A stretch of 64,000 nt of DNA, taken from Iphione sp. A-MEVVRFRX5 (lineage: Eukaryota). Shown here piece after piece: positions 54,261 to 64,000 of this stretch (within the stretch, counting starts at the first letter, position 1; each line of letters opens with the position of its first letter). The DNA is taken from NCBI GenBank assembly GCA_976226885.1, contig OZ320320.1, positions 64,480,001 through 64,544,000 on the forward strand. Reading direction: 5' to 3'. The position numbers and the translations under genes are program-made. The notes below the pieces were generated by a model. It searched no databases. It was not told the DNA's origin and saw only the letters and a program-made list of their open reading frames with translations.

Positions 54261-55463
54261 ACACACGAAGAAAGCGTAACCATCACTATGTAGCCTGTAC
54301 GAGGTTGCGCTTTGTAATCGGATGCGTTCCACAACAGGCAATGCAAGTAGACGGGGTAAGACTGCACACTCTGTAGAACGACAACTGAAAGTGGGTCGTA
54401 TTGGGCCCTCAAAGAGTCAAGGAATTTTCAGCAAAGGAATTAAGTGCATCTAGTCTTCGGAAACGGTTTGTGTACGGGTAACTACCGACTTCAACCTGAC
54501 TGTGTCGGGAGATAAATGCACTTTCGTTCGTCAGTGGCAGCCAGTGTATACGATTACGCAACTCAAAGGATTTCGACAAAAACATTACACAGAAGATAAT
54601 GTAGTTACATATGGATGTATATTGGCACAAGTTCGGCCTTTCCATTTAGACAGGTAAGAGTTCACTACTATCAAGCATGCTATCACAGACTATCTGGTAA
54701 GACACGGTTACGGATAAACTCCCTAACAGAAGCTTTAGGCCATACGGATTGACATTCATTTCCGCTTCTGAGATGAAACATTATAGTCTGTCCCTGAAAC
54801 ATTAATGTTCCAATACAGGAAAGTAAGGGTAAGAGCAAATAGCGCATGTACATACTAGAGAGGTTGGGAAACAAAGGCCTCTAACTGTGAGATAAATGTC
54901 CCTGGACGGGCGAGTGCATCACTTGAAGATCACGCATGGGTTTCAGTTTCTAATGCTTACTTAGTTTTCTGAGTCGCGCCAGCTGTAGTGAAGATCCCTT
55001 TCCTTCCAGGGACAGCACGACTTAGTAGCCTCCAGGATACGGTTGGAGAGGTAATTAGATATGATGTGGGTAGATCTTGAGGGAAAGATGCATCTCGCAC
55101 TCGTTTCACCTTGCAGGTATACCAATGATAATGACACATTCAGTTTGGGGCGAAGCACACCTCTGGAGATGGCCTCTATGTAATGCGGCTAAACTACCAG
55201 TGCAGCTAAAACACGAGATAAATGGTATACATGGGGCTGCTATATCAGAAAAAAAGTGATCTCTCCCTCTTCTTTCAAACATTATTGACATACTCCAGAA
55301 GGTATCCTCAATACAAGATATTTACGGTAGTTCCTCACTGATCCTTTGCATTGAGGTAACCACAGTGTGGATGATCGCCAAGATTGACCAGAGTTCTCCT
55401 GTTTTCAACATTTGCCCAGAAGCAGTAGCTTCTCATCCACTTGATGCCGGTGTTCTGGCTTAC

Positions 55464-55520
55464 CTGGCAACCTATGCGGTGGAAATAGAAGCTATAGCCA
55501 ATGACCTCGATCAAGGCCAT
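55464..55520 (-). CDS. Candidate alternative first exon MALIEVIGYSFYFHRIGCQ| (phase 0)
   Basis: agcATGG context, in-frame stop shortly upstream, C-ending codon bias, consensus donor CAG|GTAAGC. Confidence 0.45.
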
Positions 55521-56229
55521 GCTGCTTGGTAGGATGAGGCCGTGTAATCAACGCCAATCTGTTTCCAATAAGTTGCGTAAGAATTGCTCACTTTCAGCCA
55601 AAACCTGCATCGGGAACCTCATCGAACACATGCAGACTTGCCTTTGAGAGTTGAGGCTTAGGCCATTCCTGTATGATGCAAGATAAACCCTTTCAAATCT
55701 GCTCACACCTGTCCATCACATTGCTCCTCTGTACCTGTCTGCACCATTCCGATAGATCCGAAGCTACCTCGGTCTTCCTTTTCATGTTGTCTCACATCTT
55801 ACTGATCAAGACGATGTCAACCGTACCAATTACTACCGAAAAAAGCCTCTCAAGCAACTCTTGCCTACTATTATTTTTATCCAAGGTTACAACGTTTATA
55901 AGCCGCTAACATACCACTTTTAGTAACCTTTCAGGGAACAGACTATTAAAAATTCGTCGTTATCTACAAAGGCTCCTACAAAGCCAACCTTGCAAGTGTT
56001 AAAAGCTAAGCCCGCTTATTTTGTTAAGTCTGATACATAAAATACATACATAACACTGACTTGATATGGAAAGCCTTATCAACAACAACATATGAATGAA
56101 GCCTCTTCAGAAAATTGGAAAAGGAGGCTTAATTTCCGTTTCACCATGCTTTCACCAAGTTTGTTGATAGCTTGAGGGTCTCCATGCAGCCATGCAGCAT
56201 GCATATAGCCCATTCTATCATTTAGCTTT

Positions 56230-56473
56230 AAAGCTGGCTTTCCGTGCATCCAGAAAATGTATGTGGAGCATGAAGTCCATGCTGTGGGAAAATATTATCT
56301 AAGGCATTCTGCCTGAGGGCTTTCCATGTACATGTGTCTGTGCTCCAGGCTGCATGCTCCGGAGACAGAAAATGGCCCTGAGCCATAAAATTACATGTTT
56401 TCCGGACTCTGGAGAACCATGGAGTTAAATTCTTTCTCATTTGTCCAAAAACACAATTTTAACTCTTTCTCCC

Positions 56474-56519
<46 letters not shown>

Positions 56520-57360
56520 CCTCTCTCTCTCTCTGTCTACTACACAGATACATGGAAAACACCTTTTCGTGCCAGTCCATGCTGGTCTGGAAAACTGGCT
56601 GAATTTCTGGACCATTCCGACGCTGACGCATATGCATGGAAAGCCGACCTAAGCTGGGTTTCAATGCATGCTTGTATAAGCGTGTGAATGTGTAAGTACT
56701 GTGATTTTGGGAACAATGGTTGCAAGTGGAGTGTTTCCATGCATGCATGCAAACAACACATACATGTACATGTAAACACTCTGACCGTATTTAGTATTTG
56801 TACAGTGGTTATCAGATTATATTTCATAGTCTTGGAAACGTGGCCCACATCAGTACATTCACATGGAAACCTGGCCTTAGGCCCAGTTTCATTACCTGTA
56901 TTTGGATGTTTGCATTCAGGTGCATTGAAGTGTATTTTTATTGAACCAATGAACCCCATTGAAGGGGGTCTTCTATTTGTGTGTGAAAAACTTTTACACT
57001 GTAAAAGATGCATTCGACAATATACTTTATTATTGTTACTATTCGTCATTATTGAACTTAATTATTCAATTATTTCAAACAGACAATGCGCACAGGCAAG
57101 GGAAGCACTTTTCTTTAGTTTCAGGCATCTAGTAGTAACATGTTAATGGTAACAGCACATTATAACATGTAACAGCACAATGTGTACACACATATGCTGT
57201 TTTTTTACTGCTTTTCCAATCAAATTCACTGTTTTTCTTACTTTTTCTAGTCATTTTTTTCCCACTATGTGCATGAAATTTGTCATTTTTCTTAGGTTTC
57301 CCAGTCAAACTCGCTGGGTATTGCACTCTTTTCTACTTCAAAATGATGTAATCATTTCCT
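56230..57360. repeat. CATG-rich probable interspersed repeat with an embedded microsatellite
   Basis: Many GCATGC/ACATGT words and the 28-bp motif shared with 47563-47590. Boundaries approximate. Confidence 0.35.
56475..56534. repeat. Compound (CTGT)n-(CT)n microsatellite
   Basis: Seen directly. Confidence 0.95.
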
Positions 57361-58429
57361 ACGGCCAATCTTTATCCTATTCACCTTCCGTAAGCCGTTT
57401 CCTGGCTTGGCAGTAATACGCAAAATACTCAAAAATCGTCGAACTATTGAAAGCATCCCTTAAATTATTGCCATTCCTACAAACAACTTGAAAATACAAC
57501 GTTCCTTTCGAAACCTGCTTGAGGCCTTTGTAGCTTTCAAAACAGTTAAATGCAGAAACGAAACTGAAATCATCTGAAGCGTGTGCATGACCCTTCAGCA
57601 TCTTTTGCTCTACCAACCTCATCTCCTTTCCTCGTCTCCAACCAATCTTCTGTAACCATCGGCAAAGCTCATTAGAAACTCATACAAAGTAAATCCTGAA
57701 CAAATTGGTACTTTTACCAACTGATAAACCTTGACTAATTGATGGATCGACCGATTATTAGGTTAATTCAAAATTGCTTCAGCATGGTTAACAATGTGAT
57801 TCAGGGGCTTTGGGTTGTTACCCGCCTAGCGACCATTATCCCTAGTGGTGCGCCTACAAAATAGCTAATGATAGTCTCCCTTTTATTCAACATGTTGCTT
57901 TGGGGAATTTATTATGAAGTCATATTCGTACATATTTGTTTATATTCTTCCATTGCATTCTTTTATCTTCTCTATTATGAATGTTGAATGATCATGCTAA
58001 AATTTATGCAGGCTCAGGATATTCGCCAGCAATGTTCGTAAAAGCAATGTTCAAATCATTTACACGCACGTGCTTTCCCTCTTGTGTATTGTCCATCTTA
58101 ATATACAGGAGCATTTGCCTAGCCGCACTCTCGTGCCTTATCAAACATCTGCCCAGTATCAAAGTATCTTCACATAGCTAAACGTCCAGATCATCTACAG
58201 AACCTGTCAGATGTGAACCAGACCCTGATAAAGTTAGACTCTTATATACAAGCTCGCCTGGTTCCTGTAATCTGAATACAGATTATAGAAAATTATAGAT
58301 CACTCGATACAAGAATTGATCCTGACATTGTACACGATTTCGTATGATTTTCGGAAAATCTACCATAAATTTGCCGAGAATTCATGCTGTCAAAGAGCGG
58401 AGGAGTGTTTCCATGCATGCATCAACACC

Positions 58430-59071
58430 CTTCTTATCATGTAATACTAATGCTAACTTAAAGAAATTACAGAGAGTACAAAATAGAGCTCTAGCCTTAA
58501 TTCATTCACATACTGAAAACAATAGGGCACAGGTAAAGGTAACAAAACCAAGCGGGTTGCATCACAAATTCAACATAATGCGTACATATAAAAGAAGAAG
58601 CTATTTGTCACTATGCATCATTAACAATATTATTAATGCTGAATTACTCACCTTGCAAAAGGAAACTATCACCAGGTCCTCAGATGGAATTCTTGTATCT
58701 ATGTACAAACCTAAAACAGCGAAAATAAGAAGATCTATTAGCTATTGTGGTATTAAAGAGTATAATTGGATAGTATGTATTGAATTAAAACTGATAATTT
58801 TCATTTTCGTCATTATGCAAGACTTTTATGTATTTCTAAATACATCTATTAACAATTGATTTATTGTACTTCAATTATGCCTGTGAACAACTTTATGTTT
58901 TTCTACAATATACCTCTCTTCAAACTTATTTGTATAATTATTGCCATTAAATATCTGTGTATTTCTACAATTGCAATACTCATATGTAGTACCCATCTAT
59001 GTGCCATTAAGAACGCTCTAATGGGGCGACGATCGGAGAAAGAAATTCTTCTTCAATTCAATTGAATTCAA
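58430..59071 (+). mobile_element. Decayed, 5'-truncated CR1/L2 (Crack-like) LINE: ORF2 C-terminus, 3' UTR and tail
   Basis: ORF 58344-58859 contains NLKKLQRVQNRALALI and TRSS...KPKTAKIRRSISYCGIKEYN, resembling the KLQxxQNRAAR and TRS...PxxRT...KRSFSYRG..LWN motifs C-terminal to RT in CR1/L2 elements. An AT-rich UTR and a ttcaattcaattgaattcaa tail (59052-59071) follow. Confidence 0.8.
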
Positions 59072-60099
59072 CAGTATCCCTTTCCCCACGTATTTACAAA
59101 AAAACATTCGCTGAAGTGACTGATATATTTTAAACTTGCAAAACGCGTATACATTGATAAGACATCAAATGATAATTAATGAGTAAATATGGAACTCTGG
59201 AAGGCTTCAAACGCTTCTGTTGAGAGGAGGCAATGGGGGTGCTCTAGACCGATATAAAATACCCCAGTATATGTAATCTCTAATAATGGTCTCACTTCAT
59301 CTATCTTTCTTCAGAACTCTAGCACAATCTACATACTGCTACATGCATGCTTCCTGATCGCAAAAGGAAAACAACAGTTGTTATTATGCTTCCATTTCGA
59401 AAATGCAATATCTATTCATTCTGATCTTCCTCTCATGGTTTGGTGTACAGGTTAATGGCGATAGGAATTGGATTTTTTCTATGTGACGTAATCCAGACCA
59501 AAGAGTGATTCAAGGTCGTGATGACCACTTGGGATACCAATTAAAAGAGGCAACTGCTTCAGGTATCCAAACTTTCCGCTGAATTCCTGTGTTAGCTATG
59601 TTTATGATCGAGTCATATGTGGACATTTCACGGGTCATAAGTTCGTTTACTGGTATAACGGCAACTGTGTAACGAAACGTTCATTTTCAGTTTGAGTCTT
59701 GGCTTTGCACGGAAACAAATGTGTTGCGTCTGAGCTCTGTGGCAGTCACATTTGTCAAACACAGCTGTTCATTAAACTGGCTTGTTCAATAATTAATGTT
59801 ACTGATGTTCGACAAACTATACCGTAAGTAGCAGAGATTTCCTGTTTTCATTAACAGAAGCAATTAAAAGTTCGAAAACTTTACGCTAATTTTCTTTTCC
59901 TGTACATGTTCCCTGGTATGTTGTATGACAGTGAAACATTTGGAGGATATACATAACAGATTATTCAATAATCACCGCAGGATATGTTAGCAATTAGAAA
60001 CGGTTAGGTTAAGCATCCTATACTGTACAGATGTAATCACCCGGTGAAGAGCGTTCGTTGCTATAATGAATGCGTCCCAAGGCAGAAGCAACCGCCCGT

Positions 60100-60200
60100 C
60101 GTTCATTTAGCTAATTGTAGAGGGCGCTACGTTTAAAACTGACCAATCAGCAGTAAGAGGCCTCCAGGCGACCACGATGCAATTAGCTGCCAGCAGCTGC
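60100..60200. promoter_or_regulatory. CpG-rich regulatory patch with a CTCF-like half-site and a CCAAT box
   Basis: TAGAGGGCGCTA (60118-60129) and GACCAATCAG (NF-Y). Confidence 0.4.
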
Positions 60201-63200
60201 AGCCGTTTACGCAATCTGATTTAGTTCTTGGGGGCTTTTTGCGTGGTGGCTGGGGCTACGCTGGGTGTTAACTTTTGGATCTGTGGATCAAAACTAGGCT
60301 AGATAATTCCTGAGTCAAACTGGCGGCATCTGTTGGTTCTCATGCCTCTTCAACAGTGTAATCACTTTTAGGAGTATGACACGTGCAGTCAGGACTTGAA
60401 AGCCGATGGCTCCGTCTTGCCTTAGTACAAACTATCGAATTCTGAATCAACGAAGCGACAATTTGCTGCAACAAATTGTATTCACCACAGGAATATTTTC
60501 GGATTTGAAGCGTTGGATTTCCAAATCGTGTCTGCTTTTCAAGAGTAACTAAGTTGCTTTTACCGCTGACTAAACAAGGGGGAATGGTGAACACATGTGT
60601 AGTACTTCTCAGCTGCATTCCGTGGCGCAGGTATTTCGAACAGGACTTCGGTTTTTCTTGGTTACAGTTTACCGGGGAAATAGTAATGGGATAAGCGTAC
60701 TTCTTAAATTGTTTAGGTATGGCTCACTTTGTCACTGTTCAAGGTAGCTAGGTAAAAGAACATGAATGCATGTTCCCAATCTGCTATGCGATCTAACACA
60801 TTTATTCAGTATAACTGTGGGTTGTCGACCGAGAGGTCGTGTGGATGCATTTTTATGCGAGTCAATTTTTTACAGTACAAGTTTCGTATTCACATCTCAA
60901 TGAGACATCATAAGCGCTTCCAGTGAACAAACAGGAAAGGAAAAGAAAGTATGAGGTTACACAGAAATAATGACAAAGTAAAATAACTAGCATAGAACAC
61001 TGGATGAGGTGACAAAATAAACTAAGCAATGCACTGTAGTCTATCTAGGCACTATTTGAACACTGCCATCGAATCATTCGACTTAAATATACTGATAACG
61101 TATGGGAGATTAATGTGGAAAAACAGATCAAATTAACTTTCTGATCTACTGGAGTTGGCTTAGACACTGTTTGAACAATGCCACGGTCGTACTCTACTCT
61201 TTCCTTTGCCTGGTAACACATTCCACAATTTCATTGATGGTGTGAAGTTTAAGGTAAACCAAAATACCTTTCAGTATCTTTTAGGTGGGAATATTGTAAT
61301 GAAACATTATGGTTTATTATGGATGTTCCTCGTATTCCATGATCTAATTAGCACTAGCCCGTTCGTACTGACAATATTCCTAGATGCCTTGATTCTTGGG
61401 AGGTATGTGGTGGTAAGGTGACTGTCGTCCTCGGTATTTCTTGCCTCAGTTGAGCTGCTGGTGCTACAGTATAAAGGTAGTGATCGTTTCCCGAACCAAA
61501 AAATGTTCTTGTTCTATATTATTGCTCATTCTTTGACTGACACATTGAGGTATTCAGGCTGTCAATGGGAGCGCCATGTTTGAGTGTAGTCGTATGAAGA
61601 GACGTAATATCAATAACCACGTTGTTAAGGACAGATTTCCATATAGATTGTCATAATCATTCACTGTTTCTAATGACTAGATATGTTTCCATAATAAAGA
61701 GTGAATTGATTTCTTCAGCACAAATTTCTGATATAGATGCAACTTTAAAGTGACCGGTTACAAGATAGTCAGATTGTTCGCTATGCATAACGCAAAATAC
61801 GGAGCATGTACATACCTGGTACATGTATAGAAAAATAGCCAAAAGATAAATCTTTCATCACATTGATGAGGTCGAAAAGACATATCCTGCATGGGAAGAT
61901 TAGAGAACGAAATATCCTGAGGATCCATAGGATACCTTATTGAGTGCCCTTCAGAACTTTACCTGGTACATGTATATAGGCCTATACGTGAAACGGGAAT
62001 TCTTGTCCATTTCGAAATTGTCTATCATATAATACATGTATATTAGTTCTATTTTCATTTTACCTATATTTCCGGACAAGTCTTGTTTTTAGCACTAGAT
62101 AGCCTCTATTCCTCTATCAAAACCAAAAGAGGAGACACCACCAGAAGCTGTGCCAGCCAAGAGGTAGCCTCTATGGCAGGTCACTGCACTACAGTGCAGT
62201 ACACACTTGGAACTACCTTCTGGAGCAATTAAGGTGGCCAAGAAACTACCAAGGGTGTTGCTGTTATCTTAGGCTGCAATGCAGGAAGGGGGCACTGTAT
62301 AGTTGTTTCTTTCAAAGGATAGGCATAGACTTGTCAATTGGTTTGAGTGTGTGGATTATATTATTGGTTCTTACTTTGTTTCCTTGACAATGGAGGCACT
62401 GACTGCCAATCGATTTGGACAAACTGAGTATTGGATGACACATATTGTCCTTGGAGAAAGGCAAGATGGAGGGAGGGCTGCAATGGAGCATCCATATCAA
62501 AAGGCTCCTACACATGATAAGTGTGTCATCTGGATAACTTTTAAGTGTAATGGTATCTCTTCCAATATTAAACGGCTTATCATGTATAAGAAAACTAAAT
62601 ATACTTGTCAACATTGTGCTAGCTGTTCTGGTCTACCTATTTTTGACATGACTAATGGACAGTGCATATGATGACTAAGACTATATAGTATGTACAAGAT
62701 ACATCATGCATAGGTATTCTTTGTGGTTTGCATTAGTCTTCTGAGTGCAAAACGTAGACATAGCTACCTTTCATTGAATACTGTGACTAATTGGATGGGT
62801 TTGACATAATGTGTTATTGGTCACAAATGTTTGGTCTATCATTAGACCTATTCAAAACAGAATTCAGGGGTCTAATGCAGGATGTATTATAACATAAGGG
62901 AAGCCTAGCAATGTAACTCAATTGTGTTTTATTACCTTCTTTGATAGATGGGTTCAGCATACTTCACTAGTGAATTGCGTGAAAACATTTGCATCAGAAC
63001 AGCCTGAAGTAACATATTTTAAAGGGTCAATGCTTTTCGAGTGTGCCTAAGTTTATATTGCTCTCTACATACATTATTCAAAATAGTCCTCAACTTGGTG
63101 CTTGACAATGCCTATACAATCTTAATTGCTGATGATTGTATGCTCTAGAAGTCTGCATAGTAACTGATGTTCATTCAGCCAGCACTGTCGCCAGCAGCTG

Positions 63201-64000
63201 CACACCATTCCTGTTAGACTGATTGCTATCTAAAATGTGTGTCAATATTGTTTTCTTCAAAGTGTTTAAAATATTACTACTCAGATATATGCATGCTTGT
63301 TACCAGTGACCAGTGTCGCTTCAAATTAAGTGCAAATTCTTACATTTTTACTAGTTTATGTATTTTTTCATGAAAACTTTTGATGTACAAAGATGATGAT
63401 AAACTACTTTGACTTCAAATTCCTATTTCATTCTTCCCATTACATGTATTTATTTATTATCAATCCTTTTTCGTTTATAGTTGTCAAAGATATGTCAAGT
63501 CCAGTGCTTACCCAATTGTGACCTCGTATTCTAGTGGGGTAGGATGGTTCTTGTGAAAAAAAGTTTTTACCTGAGAAAATATTATTTCTTTGTTTAGTTC
63601 ATTAAAATATTCCTTTTTATCCTTTTGCTAACAATGCCTTAAATTCTATATTCTGGTTGATTTACATTTCTCATTCTGTGATCGATTCATTTCATAATGA
63701 TGGCTTGGTTCGGCGAATTCTTTCCAGTACTGATTTAATTGTCGATCCCCAAGCTCCTCCGATTCATTCCTTAATTGGGTGTCCGTTGTTTTTCCCCTCA
63801 TTTCACGCTCCTTTTTTTCCTTCCTCTACCTCTGTAATTCTGTTTCTTTCCCTCTGTGTTTTTTCCCAAGTGCATAGCATGGCTATTAACTGATCGATAC
63901 ATAAAACCTCGTGCACCTTGCGTTCCGAGAGACAGAGCTCACTATGATAACGTCCAAACATCACCGATGGTCGAAACGGGGTGTTAGTAATTGGCACCCT

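Noticed and set aside
62183-62200. Short perfect inverted repeats (ACTGCACT-AC-AGTGCAGT; also 4437-4450, about 41139-41169, about 45173-45189)
   Set aside because: Stems of 6-9 bp are expected a few times by chance in 64 kb, and no supporting context was found.
1-64000. Homeobox cluster, CRISPR array, rRNA/snRNA genes or prokaryotic operon
   Set aside because: No WFQNRR-type exon, repeat-spacer array, U1/U2/U6/5S/7SL match or dense ORF packing was seen; the remaining track ORFs look like chance frames.

Overview
Eukaryotic, almost entirely non-coding DNA (about 41% GC by eye). The longest ORF is 200 aa and overlies a promoter-like patch. The composition and a strong excess of TACATGTA best fit a marine invertebrate, most likely amphioxus (Branchiostoma); this is inference. 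No protein-coding gene can be named, and I recognised no intact RNA gene, known miRNA, CRISPR array or autonomous transposon. Well supported: a Tc1/mariner-type MITE (30161-30336), a decayed CR1/L2-type LINE 3' end (58430-59071), microsatellites and several CpG-rich promoter/enhancer-like patches. Less certain: other retroelement tails and TTAA-bounded elements. Main hypothesis: the window is the ~50 kb 5' region of one large minus-strand gene with an array of about 10 alternative first exons, each an ATG plus a short peptide ending at a phase-0 GT donor, whose shared body lies at or beyond the left edge. Four of these exons have a G4/GC-box motif on the same strand upstream, and CTCF-like motifs and CACGTG E-boxes are spread across the region. 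The exons were picked by eye, counter-examples in other phases exist, and transcript data are needed.
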